Shown here: in pieces, positions 46,867 through 56,675 of the stretch | How positions within the stretch are numbered: position 1 is the first letter of the stretch | How the letters are laid out: each line of letters opens with the position of its first letter | NCBI GenBank assembly: GCA_001779115.1 | Contig: MFJF01000012.1 | Span: forward strand, 33,142 to 97,141 | Reading direction: 5' to 3' | Origin: Candidatus Gottesmanbacteria bacterium RIFCSPHIGHO2_01_FULL_40_15 | GTDB lineage: Bacteria; Patescibacteriota; Microgenomatia; 2-02-FULL-39-11 | Length of the DNA: 64,000 bases | Position numbers and translations under genes: made by a program | The notes under the pieces: generated by a model | Seen by the model: only the letters and a program-made list of their open reading frames with translations | Told to the model about the DNA's origin: nothing | The model's database searches: none

Positions 46867-48126
46867 ATGAGAAAAAAAGTGTTATGTTTACCAATCGGAG
46901 TAGGACTGGCACATACAGGAAGGCTTATTATGGTTGCCAGGGAACTCCGAGAATCCGGTATTGACGTTATATTCGGAGCCGGAGCTGACGCTATCAAGCT
47001 TATGAGGAAAGAAAAACTGCCTTATGTGGAAATTCTCGATTTTTCCAGAGAAACTTATGACAAGAAAGTAAAAAAAAATAATTTTTTTGTTTATAACAGG
47101 CATAATTTTGCGGATTTTGTCAAAGATGAATTACGAGCATATGACATTATTAAGCCTGATTTAGTTGTTTACGATACCAGAATTACAGCTAAAATATCCG
47201 CCTCAATCGCAGGAATTCCGACTGTTTCCATAACCAATGCTGACGCAACGGCTTTTTATGATTACGAGAAAATCGAATTTCCGGTCCAGACAACTTTCGG
47301 AAGATTTTTACCGATGGAAGTTGTTTCGCTACTTAACAGGGAATACGGGCAGAGATTCTTAAAGAAAATAAGTAAAAGGGCAGTGTCGGCAATGCTGATT
47401 GCGGCAATGATTAAGGTTTTTCCGGCACTTATAAAACTCGGATATAAACCTTCAAAAGATCCATTCCAGTATTTCATGGGAGATTTAACGCTGATTGCCG
47501 ATATTTCAGAGTTCAGGCCGATAAGGAATTTACCGGAAAAAGTAAAGCAGATCGGTCCGATTTTTTGGGACGGGGGCAATAAACTACCCTCCTGGAGCAA
47601 AAACATTGAGGATAAAAAAAATCTGATATATGTCAGCGCCTCGGGCACAGGAGATAAAAATACTTTCATTAAAATACTGGAATTTTTATCAACCACTGAT
47701 TATACAGTGGCGGCAACAACGGGAAATACTTTAAAACCAAGCGAGGTAATTTTAAAAAGCGCGACTATTTATAAAACCGATTTTTTACCCGGTGATTTTA
47801 TTATGCCCCGGGCAGATCTTATTATTTTTCCAGGAGGAAACGCAACCTGTTATCAGGCTTTGACATACGGCGTGCCTCAAATTTGCACTCCGTTTCATAT
47901 TGATCAGGAAGATAACGCTAATCAACTTGAGCGGCTTGGTACGGGTATAATAGTCAATCCTTACAATAAATTTAATGAAAACAAATTACTTAATGCCGTT
48001 GAGAGAGTCCTTGCGGATAGGTCATTTAAAGCTAATTCTTTAAAGATGAGATCGATACTGTGCGAATTTAACGGGAAGAAAAATGCGGCAGTCCATATAA
48101 AAAATTTTCTAAACACCAAAATCTGA
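46867..48126 (+). CDS. GT1/GT28-like GT-B glycosyltransferase
   Basis: GLAHTGR and ADLIIFPGGNAT...GVPQI..P.HIDQEDNA. Confidence 0.85.
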   Translation: MRKKVLCLPIGVGLAHTGRLIMVARELRESGIDVIFGAGADAIKLMRKEKLPYVEILDFSRETYDKKVKKNNFFVYNRHNFADFVKDELRAYDIIKPDLVVYDTRITAKISASIAGIPTVSITNADATAFYDYEKIEFPVQTTFGRFLPMEVVSLLNREYGQRFLKKISKRAVSAMLIAAMIKVFPALIKLGYKPSKDPFQYFMGDLTLIADISEFRPIRNLPEKVKQIGPIFWDGGNKLPSWSKNIEDKKNLIYVSASGTGDKNTFIKILEFLSTTDYTVAATTGNTLKPSEVILKSATIYKTDFLPGDFIMPRADLIIFPGGNATCYQALTYGVPQICTPFHIDQEDNANQLERLGTGIIVNPYNKFNENKLLNAVERVLADRSFKANSLKMRSILCEFNGKKNAAVHIKNFLNTKI

Positions 48127-48197
48127 TATACCTCAATAAACTTCATGAATAAGGCATGTTAAACTTTCCTTAATTGTGCTTTGATACAATTCTTACT

Positions 48198-48893
48198 GTG
48201 CTTAATCAACTGCAAAAAGATTTATATAAACTGAAAAATCCGGACAAAGCAAAAATTCTTTCACGTTTTTTTAAGACAGGGAAAGGACAATACGGTGAAG
48301 GAGATATATTTTTAGGCATAACAGTTCCGGTTCAGCGCAAAGTTGCCGGGAAGTACATTAATTTAACCCTGAAAGAAACACAACGATTAATAGAGAGTAA
48401 AATTCACGAGCACAGGCTGGTCGCCATTTTGATATTAGTTGAGAAATATAAAAAAGCCGGACCGGGTAAAAAGAAAGAAATTGTTGATTTTTATCTTAAA
48501 AATACAAAAAATATAAATAATTGGGATCTGGTTGATTTATCAGCGGAAAAAATATTAGGAGAGTTTTTATTGGATAAAAATAAAAATTTACTTTACAGAC
48601 TTTCTAAATCAGAAAATCTTTGGGAAAGAAGGATTGCTATTCTGGCAACCTTCCAATTTATTAAAAATAAAAATTTTACGGATGCGTTAAAGATTTATAA
48701 ACTCGCTCTTAAAGATAAACATGATTTAATTCAAAAAGCCGTTGGTTGGATGCTAAGGGAAATCGGTAAAAGAAACCCAGAGGCAGAGACAGAGTTTTTA
48801 AACAAGCATTATAAAAATATGGCAAGAACAACTTTAAGGTATGCTATTGAGAGACTGGATGAAAAGAAAAAGAAATACTACATGAGAAAATAA
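48198..48893 (+). CDS. DNA alkylation repair protein (AlkD-like)
   Basis: FFKTGKGQYGEGD, NNWDLVD and IQKAVGWMLRE. GTG start lies 7 nt after TG-n-TACAAT. Confidence 0.88.
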   Translation: MLNQLQKDLYKLKNPDKAKILSRFFKTGKGQYGEGDIFLGITVPVQRKVAGKYINLTLKETQRLIESKIHEHRLVAILILVEKYKKAGPGKKKEIVDFYLKNTKNINNWDLVDLSAEKILGEFLLDKNKNLLYRLSKSENLWERRIAILATFQFIKNKNFTDALKIYKLALKDKHDLIQKAVGWMLREIGKRNPEAETEFLNKHYKNMARTTLRYAIERLDEKKKKYYMRK

Positions 48894-48927
48894 AGTTTCA
48901 CACCTGCTATAATATATTTTTCCTTTT

Positions 48928-49761
48928 ATGGAAAGCCCTTATTTTTCGATAATAATTCCCGCACTAAATGAAGAAAAATATATTTCCGGACTTCTTAAGT
49001 CACTTATTAATCAGACCTACAAAGAATTTGAAGTGATATTAGTTGACGGTATGTCCGCAGATAAGACCGTTTCAGTTTTTAAAAAATTTCAAAATAAACT
49101 TCCCCGTTCGCAGTATCTTGTTGCAGATAAAAAAAACGTTTCATATCAAAGAAATTTAGGGGGGAAAAAAGCCACCGGAAAATACCTTATTTTTTTTGAT
49201 GCGGATGTAAAAGTTAATCCTACTTTTCTAGAAGAAGTCCACTTGGCTTCGTTAAAACAAAAATTTTCACTAGCAACCACATGGATTGAACCCGATTCGG
49301 AAAAGACAGCTGATAGGATAATGTTACTTTTAGCCAATATCGGCCAGGAAGTTTATAAAATAGTAAACAGGCCTTTTAGCGGGGGCTATAATACAATAGT
49401 TACGAAGAAAGTTTTTTTAAGGTTGAACGGATTCCGTGAAATGAACATTAATGAAGATCATGATTTTGCCATCAGGGCATTCAAAAAAAAGATTGAAACA
49501 ATCATTCTACCTGAGCCGAAAGTGATCTTCTCTCTGAGAAGATTCAGGTCGGAGGGAACGTTAAATGTTTTAAGGAAATACGCTCATGCCGCCATATATG
49601 CCATGCTGAAAGGTCCGGTAATATATGAAATGTTTGAATACAGGATGGGCGGGCACGTGCATAAAAGAAGACGGAAAAAAATAAATTTTGTTAAGATTAA
49701 TACTTATATCAAAACAATCGAAAAACTGGAAAATAATCTGAATAAATTATTGAGAGTGTAA
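48928..49761 (+). CDS. Glycosyltransferase family 2
   Basis: SIIIPALNEE, DAD and ED. Confidence 0.9.
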   Translation: MESPYFSIIIPALNEEKYISGLLKSLINQTYKEFEVILVDGMSADKTVSVFKKFQNKLPRSQYLVADKKNVSYQRNLGGKKATGKYLIFFDADVKVNPTFLEEVHLASLKQKFSLATTWIEPDSEKTADRIMLLLANIGQEVYKIVNRPFSGGYNTIVTKKVFLRLNGFREMNINEDHDFAIRAFKKKIETIILPEPKVIFSLRRFRSEGTLNVLRKYAHAAIYAMLKGPVIYEMFEYRMGGHVHKRRRKKINFVKINTYIKTIEKLENNLNKLLRV

Positions 49762-49797
49762 TATAATCAGGCGCTTTATGAAAGGATAATCAGATAA

Positions 49798-51171
49798 ATG
49801 AAGATAATATCAGACCTGCAGTTGCATTCAAAATATGCCAGAGCCGTATCCAAAGATATGGTGATTCCCAAGATATGGGAGTGGGCGAAAATTAAAGGAA
49901 TAAACCTCATAGCCACGGGCGACTGGACCCATCCTCTATGGCTTAGGGAAATTAAAAGCCATACGGAGGAAACGGGAAGCGGATTACTTAAGTTAAAAAA
50001 CACCGGCAACGGACAGGGGAGCACCGGACCCCAGTTTTTACTGGAAACAGAGGTTTCATGTATTTATTCCCAAGGAGGCAAATTAAGAAGAATTCATATT
50101 CTAATTTGGGTTCCGACCATAAGTTCTGCCGAGAAAATCAATAAGAAACTGATGTCGATGGGGGCAAATCTCATGTCGGACGGCCGGCCGATAATGGGAT
50201 TGACCAGTAAACAGATTGCCGATACGGCATTATCAATTGATCCCAAAAGCCTGATAATACCAGCCCATATTTGGACACCATGGTTTTCTTTATTCGGCTC
50301 ACAATCCGGTTTTGATTCAATTGAAGAATGTTTCGGGGATTACGCCCGGTATATATACGGGGTTGAGACAGGTTTATCAAGCAATCCGTTAATGAATTGG
50401 CGGATTAAAGAACTTGACAGCCGGTCAATAGTGTCCTTTTCCGATGCCCATTCAGGACCAAAGCTGGGGAGAGAAGCGACAGTATTTGAAGTTTCAGAGC
50501 TGACATTTGACAACATCCGCCGGGCAATTATGGAACCTTTTCAAAAAGCACAAGGCAGTAGTAAAAAGTCAGAATTATCAAAAAACAGGATTGATTATAC
50601 AATTGAATTTTATCCGGAAGAAGGCAAATACCATTATACCGGGCACAGAAATTGCAATATTAAGCAAACTCCGGAAGAAACAAAAAATAAAGGAACAATT
50701 TGTCCGGTTTGCGGACGAAAACTGACAGTCGGGGTAATGCACAGAGTAGAACAACTTTCCGGCAGAAAAGAAGAAATATTAAAAATAAACTTTAAAGAAA
50801 TTGAAGGAATACGTCCAAAAATCTATTTTTCTGAAAGTTTTAAGGAAAGACCTCCTTATATGATGCTGGTTCCTTTACATGAAATATTGGCACAAGCAAT
50901 AGGAGGTTTACCAACCAGTAAAAATATCCAGAATGAGTATAAAAAGTTAACAGATTTTTTTAATTGCGAATTTAATGTTACGTTGTCAGCTGACACAAAG
51001 GATATAGCCAGAATTTCAGGAGAAAAAACAGCTGAAGCCATTTATAAGGTCAGACAAGGAGATATATATGTTGATCCGGGTTATGACGGAGTTTTCGGCA
51101 AAGTAAAAATTTGGCATGAAAAAAAAACTCAAGAGAAATCGGATAAAAAAGACCAAATGAGTCTTTTTTAA
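49798..51171 (+). CDS. Endonuclease Q-like PHP-domain protein with zinc ribbon
   Basis: HSKYA, TGDWTHP, PAHIWTPWFS, ETGLSS, SDAHS, GKYH, CPVCG and PGYDGVFG. Confidence 0.85.
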   Translation: MKIISDLQLHSKYARAVSKDMVIPKIWEWAKIKGINLIATGDWTHPLWLREIKSHTEETGSGLLKLKNTGNGQGSTGPQFLLETEVSCIYSQGGKLRRIHILIWVPTISSAEKINKKLMSMGANLMSDGRPIMGLTSKQIADTALSIDPKSLIIPAHIWTPWFSLFGSQSGFDSIEECFGDYARYIYGVETGLSSNPLMNWRIKELDSRSIVSFSDAHSGPKLGREATVFEVSELTFDNIRRAIMEPFQKAQGSSKKSELSKNRIDYTIEFYPEEGKYHYTGHRNCNIKQTPEETKNKGTICPVCGRKLTVGVMHRVEQLSGRKEEILKINFKEIEGIRPKIYFSESFKERPPYMMLVPLHEILAQAIGGLPTSKNIQNEYKKLTDFFNCEFNVTLSADTKDIARISGEKTAEAIYKVRQGDIYVDPGYDGVFGKVKIWHEKKTQEKSDKKDQMSLF

Positions 51172-51180
51172 TAAACAGGC

Positions 51181-51912
51181 ATGAAGACAAAAAAACTTCT
51201 GGTTGTTGTTGCCCATCCTGACGATGAAGTTTTCGGACCCGGAGGAAGCATTGCCAAATATTCTTCATTAGGGGTTGAGATTCATCTTTTGTGCGCAACC
51301 CACGGAGAAAGCGGACAATCAGTTAAAAACAATCAAAAAGAATACAAAAGCGGTAAAACAATCCATCTAATCCGCGAAAAGGAACTCCTGAAGTCAGCGG
51401 AAATATTAGGAATTAAAAAAGTTGAGTTTTTGGATTTTATTGACGGTTATTTGAGTAATGCAATATATCATAAATTAGCCGGTAAGATTATAAGGAAAAT
51501 AAAATCTTTTAAACCGCAGGTAATTATGACAATGGACAGATCAGGAATATCGGGACATCTTGATCATATAGCAGTGTCATTGGTGACAACATATTCATAT
51601 TTAAAAACCGCGGAAGCGCAAAAACTTTACTATTTGTGCCTGCCGAAAGCCTGGTATGATGAGCGCAAGCTTGATTATTTCATTTATTTTCCTGAAGGGG
51701 TTGATGACGATAAAATAACAACCAGGATTCAATTTCCGGATTTTTGGGAAATTAAAAAAAAAGCCATGAAAGCACATAAAAGTCAAATAAAGGACGTGAG
51801 AAATCTACTTCAAAGTTTTGAGAACTGGCCAAAAATTGATAATTATATTTTGCAGTATCACAGAAGAGCAAAAGTAGAAATACCGGAGAATGATTTATTT
51901 TCAGGAATTTAA
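51181..51912 (+). CDS. PIG-L/LmbE-family deacetylase
   Basis: AHPDDE, T.GE.G, GHLDH and AHKSQ. Confidence 0.9.
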   Translation: MKTKKLLVVVAHPDDEVFGPGGSIAKYSSLGVEIHLLCATHGESGQSVKNNQKEYKSGKTIHLIREKELLKSAEILGIKKVEFLDFIDGYLSNAIYHKLAGKIIRKIKSFKPQVIMTMDRSGISGHLDHIAVSLVTTYSYLKTAEAQKLYYLCLPKAWYDERKLDYFIYFPEGVDDDKITTRIQFPDFWEIKKKAMKAHKSQIKDVRNLLQSFENWPKIDNYILQYHRRAKVEIPENDLFSGI

Positions 51913-51996
51913 ATATTTGTCTTATTGACGCAAAATCAGACAGGATGTTATGCTGAATGGGAGGTTAATTTAACCTTTTCCAAAGGAGGTGATCAG

Positions 51997-52341
51997 ATGG
52001 CTGAACAAAATACTTCAAATGAAAAAATGATGGGTGCCGTATCCTATTTATTAGGTCCTATTACCGGAATAATAATTCTTTTAACTGAAAAAAATAATGC
52101 AAATATCAGATTTCACGCAATGCAATCAACGCTTTTATTCGGAGCAATATTTCTTTTCAACATAGTTTTGGGAATTATTCCTGTTTTAGGCTGGCTGGTT
52201 GCTCTGGTATTATCTCCTCTTATCGGTATTGTTTCCCTGGTTTTATGGCTTTTATTAATGTGGAAAGCATATAACGGAGAAAAATTCAAACTGCCATATT
52301 TCGGTGATTTAGCGGAAAAACAATTAGCAAAGATGAAGTAA
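51997..52341 (+). CDS. DUF4870-like small membrane protein
   Basis: IRFHAMQS, three TM helices and KAYNGEKFKLP; strong SD AAAGGAGGTGATC before the ATG at 51997. Confidence 0.8.
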   Translation: MAEQNTSNEKMMGAVSYLLGPITGIIILLTEKNNANIRFHAMQSTLLFGAIFLFNIVLGIIPVLGWLVALVLSPLIGIVSLVLWLLLMWKAYNGEKFKLPYFGDLAEKQLAKMK

Positions 52342-52381
52342 CTGGTGGAACGGAATTTTTTGAAAAGGGTATTAAAAATTT

Positions 52382-52406
52382 CTGTCCGGAGCGGGCGGAT
52401 TTTTTT
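52382..52406 (+). terminator. Probable intrinsic terminator
   Basis: CTGTCCG-GAG-CGGGCGG stem (two G-U pairs) followed by a T run. Confidence 0.45.
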
Positions 52407-52422
52407 ACTTTGGTATATTACA

Positions 52423-53076
52423 ATGATTTTTGAGAGCAGACAAGCGGCAGGAAAAATGCTGGCTAAGAAGCTTTTTGAGTATAAAAGTAATAATGAGATG
52501 TGTGTTATGGCAATCCCGCGGGGAGGAGTGGTAACAGGAGCTGAAATAGCAGAACAATTAAATCTTCCACTTGAAGCAATATCCATAAAAAAACTGGGGG
52601 CTCCTTTCAATCCAGAATTGGCTATCGGAGCAGTGGCACAAAATAATACAAAATACATAGATCGGGATTTAATTGCGAAACTGGCAGTCACAGAAGAATA
52701 TCTTGAGAGGGAAACAGAGGAAAAAATGAAAGAAGTGGAAGAGAGAGTATTTAAATATAAAATTAATTTAAATTCCCTAACAAAACACGCAAAATTCATC
52801 TTAACCGATGACGGAATTGCCACAGGAGCAACAGTCAGAGCAGCCTTAACGTTTATTCAAAATTTATCCAAATTAACGGGAGTAAAAAGATGGGCTATAC
52901 TGGCGATACCGGTGGCTGCCAAAGATACGGCGGCCTTATTCAAGAATGAAGCTGATAAAATAATTATTTTACACGAATCCGAAGATTTCGGAGCCGTAGG
53001 TCAATTTTACCGTAATTTTTCCCAAGTTGAAGATGAAGAAGTTATAAATATTCTTGAAAAATACAGGAGGAAATAA
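52423..53076 (+). CDS. Type I phosphoribosyltransferase-family protein
   Basis: IPRGGV, ELAIGAV, PRPP loop DDGIATGAT and AVGQFY..F.QV.DEEV. Confidence 0.85.
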   Translation: MIFESRQAAGKMLAKKLFEYKSNNEMCVMAIPRGGVVTGAEIAEQLNLPLEAISIKKLGAPFNPELAIGAVAQNNTKYIDRDLIAKLAVTEEYLERETEEKMKEVEERVFKYKINLNSLTKHAKFILTDDGIATGATVRAALTFIQNLSKLTGVKRWAILAIPVAAKDTAALFKNEADKIIILHESEDFGAVGQFYRNFSQVEDEEVINILEKYRRK

Positions 53077-53675
53077 TGAAAATGATTGTCGGTTTGGGAA
53101 ATCCTGATGAGAAATTCAGATATACCAGGCATAATGTCGGTTTTATGGTTATTGAAAAATTAGCCAAAGAGATTTTGCCATTTGATAAATCGGAAAAAGC
53201 GTGGAGAAAAGAGGATAAATTTTTATCTTTCTTATGCAAGGCAGGAAGCAATCTTCTTATTAAACCGAAAACATATATGAACAGGATAGGAACGGCAATC
53301 AAGCTTTTAGTTGATTTTTATAAAATTAAACCGGAGGATTTATGGGTTGTTCATGATGATATCGACTTACCGTTGGGAAAGATCAGGATTAGACTCGGAG
53401 GCAGTTCAGGCGGGCATAACGGCATTGAGTCAATTATTAATTCACTCACCAATGCCAATTTTTACCGATTCAGATTAGGAATAGGCAGGGGAAAACTTGA
53501 TTTAAAAAAGACAACCGATATTAATTTATCAAGAAGAATGATAGAAAAATTCGTATTATCTCCATTTAAAGACAGTGAGGGCGGAGCGGCGAAGAAAATG
53601 ATCAAAAATACCGTTAAAGCACTAGAAATTGCCCTTGATAAAGATATTGATTCGGCAATGAACAGGTTTAACTAG
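53076..53675 (+). CDS. pth: Peptidyl-tRNA hydrolase
   Basis: GLGNP, TRHNVGF, KP.TYMN, HDDID and GGHNG. Confidence 0.96.
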   Translation: MKMIVGLGNPDEKFRYTRHNVGFMVIEKLAKEILPFDKSEKAWRKEDKFLSFLCKAGSNLLIKPKTYMNRIGTAIKLLVDFYKIKPEDLWVVHDDIDLPLGKIRIRLGGSSGGHNGIESIINSLTNANFYRFRLGIGRGKLDLKKTTDINLSRRMIEKFVLSPFKDSEGGAAKKMIKNTVKALEIALDKDIDSAMNRFN

Positions 53676-54321
53676 CGGTGAAAGCCTTATGGAGGATAAT
53701 TTTTTTAGATTTTAGAAAGCTTAAAACATTGACGAGAGAATAATAAGATACAGAAATTCCTCCGGCCATTAAAAGTCTCTCCATTAAAGATTGCGGAATT
53801 AAAGCCAGCCAAATTTCACGGCTTAATCCGAATGCCCAAACCCAAAGAACCCCTCCTACAGCGTGAGCCGTATAAGTGGCAGCCAAGCTTCTTACAAAAA
53901 GATTTTTACGGAAATAGTGGCCTATAACAGGTATAAACCACATAAGAGAATATTGCCAAGCGGACCGGCCGATCGGATGGAGGTTAAATAAAAGTATTGA
54001 GAGCAGAGGAATTACGAGATTAATATTCCTTTTTTTACCAAATATGATAAGAGCAAACAGAACAGGAAAAAGCCTGATAACGGCAGCAAGTCCGCTGAGT
54101 TTTTCAGGGTGAAGAAGAAAATTTACCAACTGGATGAGAAAAACAGTCAGAATACCGGGTAAAGTGGCTATAAAAACTCCAAATGAAGGAGCCATAAAAT
54201 CATATAGGGTGAAGTTAACACCTGAACCTAAAAGGCGGGTAAAAGGGATTTGAAGGGCAATAAGTCCCAAAAGAAAGAAAAGTGGTGTAATAATAATTTT
54301 TGAGGTGACTGTCCGCTTCAC
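53668..54321 (-). CDS. Membrane protein, possibly an ECF transporter S-component
   Basis: 217 aa with about 6 TM helices; own TTGACA/TAAAAT promoter; divergent from folC. Confidence 0.5.
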   Translation of the reverse strand: MKRTVTSKIIITPLFFLLGLIALQIPFTRLLGSGVNFTLYDFMAPSFGVFIATLPGILTVFLIQLVNFLLHPEKLSGLAAVIRLFPVLFALIIFGKKRNINLVIPLLSILLFNLHPIGRSAWQYSLMWFIPVIGHYFRKNLFVRSLAATYTAHAVGGVLWVWAFGLSREIWLALIPQSLMERLLMAGGISVSYYSLVNVLSFLKSKKIILHKAFTAS

Positions 54322-54410
54322 AAGATTTTATTTTATCATCACGGATTTTTGTGTCAAGACCGTTTTTTTGAACAAGCCTGAAAAACCTGAGATAAGATAT
54401 AATTTGAAGA

Positions 54411-55748
54411 ATGATTAAAACTTATGAAGAAGCCGTTAAATATCTGGAAAAATTTATTCCAACTGCCGATAAAAGACATCCGGGAGAATTGGGAATTGTA
54501 CGAATGAGATTATTAGCTGCACTTTTAGACAATCCTCAAAATAAATTCAAAACAATTCATGTGGCAGGAACTTCCGGCAAAGGATCTACAGCAACAATTC
54601 TGGCAAATATACTTGCCAGGAAATACAGAGTCGGTCTGCATACATCCCCGCATTTGGAGAGATTGAATGAGAGGATTGCGATATCAGACAACAGAAAAAT
54701 ATTCAGAGAAGTAACTAATAAAGAATTTGTTGAACTTACAAATGAAATTAAACCAAAAATTGAGAAGATGGAGAAGGATCTTTTAGCTCCAAGTTATTTT
54801 GAGATCGTAACAGCGTCGGCATTTAATTTTTTCATGAAAGAGAGGGTTGATGTAGCGGTTATTGAGGCCGGACTTGGCGGGAAGGTAGACGCAACAAATA
54901 TTATAAATCCGGTTATTTCAATTATAACCAATATCGGGCTTGATCATACGGATGTTTTAGGCGAAACGGTCGAAGAGATAGCCAAAGATAAAGCCAAAAT
55001 AATAAAAAAGGGTATAACCCTGGTAACAGGAGTCCGTCAGACCAGAGTCGTTAACATAGTTAAAGCAGAAAGCCGGAAGCTGCGGGCTAAATCACTTTTT
55101 TTAAATAAAGATTTTAGCGTAAACATCAGAAAAATCACTGAGAAAGGTACATATTTTGATTATGCAGGAGAAAAAAATTATAAAAATCTTTTTATACCGC
55201 TTCCGGGAAAACATCAGGCTGAGAATGCAACTTTAGCAATAAGAGCTGCGGAGGTGATGGGTAAATACGGATTTGAAGCAGATGAAAACAGCATAAGAAG
55301 AACTTTAAAGACAGTGACTATTCCAGGAAGGATGGAGATTATCAGGGAAAAGCCGTATGTTATTCTCGACGGTGCTCATAATCCGGATAAGATCAGAGCA
55401 TTGGTAAATGCTTTTAATGATATTTGGGCGAACAGAAAAGCAACAGTAGTTCTTGCCATAAAAGAGGGGAAAAATGCATTTGAAATGATTTATAATCTTT
55501 TACCCATTTCACAAAAAATAATAATAACACAATATAAAATAATGACTGAACAGGGGGAGATAACATCATATAATACAGGTATAATTGAAGAGAAGATCAG
55601 AAAAATTAACAAGAAAATTCCAATAATTTCAATTACCGATACTGAAAAAGCGGTGAAGTCAGCTATTAAAAAAGCAGAAAGAAGAGATATTATTCTTATA
55701 ACGGGATCACTTTATCTGGTTGGTTTAGTAAGACCAATATTCAAATAA
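54411..55748 (+). CDS. folC: Folylpolyglutamate synthase
   Basis: HVAGTSGKGST, TSPHL, EAGLGG..DATN, DGAHNP and TGSLYLVG. Confidence 0.95.
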   Translation: MIKTYEEAVKYLEKFIPTADKRHPGELGIVRMRLLAALLDNPQNKFKTIHVAGTSGKGSTATILANILARKYRVGLHTSPHLERLNERIAISDNRKIFREVTNKEFVELTNEIKPKIEKMEKDLLAPSYFEIVTASAFNFFMKERVDVAVIEAGLGGKVDATNIINPVISIITNIGLDHTDVLGETVEEIAKDKAKIIKKGITLVTGVRQTRVVNIVKAESRKLRAKSLFLNKDFSVNIRKITEKGTYFDYAGEKNYKNLFIPLPGKHQAENATLAIRAAEVMGKYGFEADENSIRRTLKTVTIPGRMEIIREKPYVILDGAHNPDKIRALVNAFNDIWANRKATVVLAIKEGKNAFEMIYNLLPISQKIIITQYKIMTEQGEITSYNTGIIEEKIRKINKKIPIISITDTEKAVKSAIKKAERRDIILITGSLYLVGLVRPIFK

Positions 55749-56086
55749 TGAAAGATAAGAGTTCAAAAATACTTTCAATCGGAGATATTTTATCAAAGTT
55801 TAATCCCCTTGAAGATAAATATATATCCCGCGAATTTCAATCATACGGTTATTACCTGGCTGAAGAATTAAACGACTTTAAGCATAAGTCACTTTATATC
55901 AAGCTGGCAAAAACCGTTTCACGGCCGCTTTTAGAAAAAGCACTGGAATTTTCAGCTGATGCCAAAGCAAAAAATAAAGGCGCACTGTTTATGTGGAAGT
56001 TAAAAGAATTGGGAGCGTGGAATCAGGAGAAGATAAAAAACACGGGAAAGAAAATCAAAGCGAAAATAAAGGATATACCCTTTTAA
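55748..56086 (+). CDS. Hypothetical protein
   Basis: 112-aa ORF whose start overlaps the folC stop; helical, no motif recognised. Confidence 0.6.
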   Translation: MKDKSSKILSIGDILSKFNPLEDKYISREFQSYGYYLAEELNDFKHKSLYIKLAKTVSRPLLEKALEFSADAKAKNKGALFMWKLKELGAWNQEKIKNTGKKIKAKIKDIPF

Positions 56087-56102
56087 CACTTAATAAACCC
56101 CG

Positions 56103-56675
56103 ATGAAAAAAAATAAAAGAGAAGAAAAGCCAATTCCGATAACTGACAGTTTATTTTTCCGGGCAGTAATTTTGTCAATTTCATTGATACTATTACTGAT
56201 AATCCTTATTTACCGGGATGAATTGAAAAGCCTGTCAAGGTACGGATACTTCGGAATTTTTGTAGTTAATTTCATATCTTCAGCAACTATTTTTTTGCCG
56301 GTTCCAGGGATAGCTACAGTATTTATCGGAGGAGCCGTCTGGAATCCAATACTGGTAGGATTAATTTCAGGAGCGGCATCATCTATCGGAGAATTGTTCG
56401 GTTATTTTCTTGGTTTTGGCGGAAGGGGCTTTTTAAAAACCATCGAGCATGAAGGTAAATGGGTTAAAAGACTGGAAAACACTTTTCTTAAATCCGGATT
56501 TAACACAACACTGATTTTTTCCCTAATTCCGCTGCCTATTTTTGACGCAATCGGTATTATCGCCGGCGCGGTAAGTTATCCGGTTGAAAAGTTTTTTTTA
56601 GCAACGATATTGGGAAGAACTGTCAGAAATATTGTTTTAGCCTGGACGGCATCACAACTATTACCGTTGAATTAA
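56103..56675 (+). CDS. DedA/VTT-domain membrane protein
   Basis: SATIFLPVPG, SIGELFGYFLG, FDAIGIIAG and F.ATILGR. Confidence 0.85.
   Translation: MKKNKREEKPIPITDSLFFRAVILSISLILLLIILIYRDELKSLSRYGYFGIFVVNFISSATIFLPVPGIATVFIGGAVWNPILVGLISGAASSIGELFGYFLGFGGRGFLKTIEHEGKWVKRLENTFLKSGFNTTLIFSLIPLPIFDAIGIIAGAVSYPVEKFFLATILGRTVRNIVLAWTASQLLPLN

Noticed and set aside
46824..46997. Apparent head-to-head overlap of two glycosyltransferase ORFs
   Set aside because: Artefact of longest-ORF starts. Domain boundaries give starts at 46823 and 46867.
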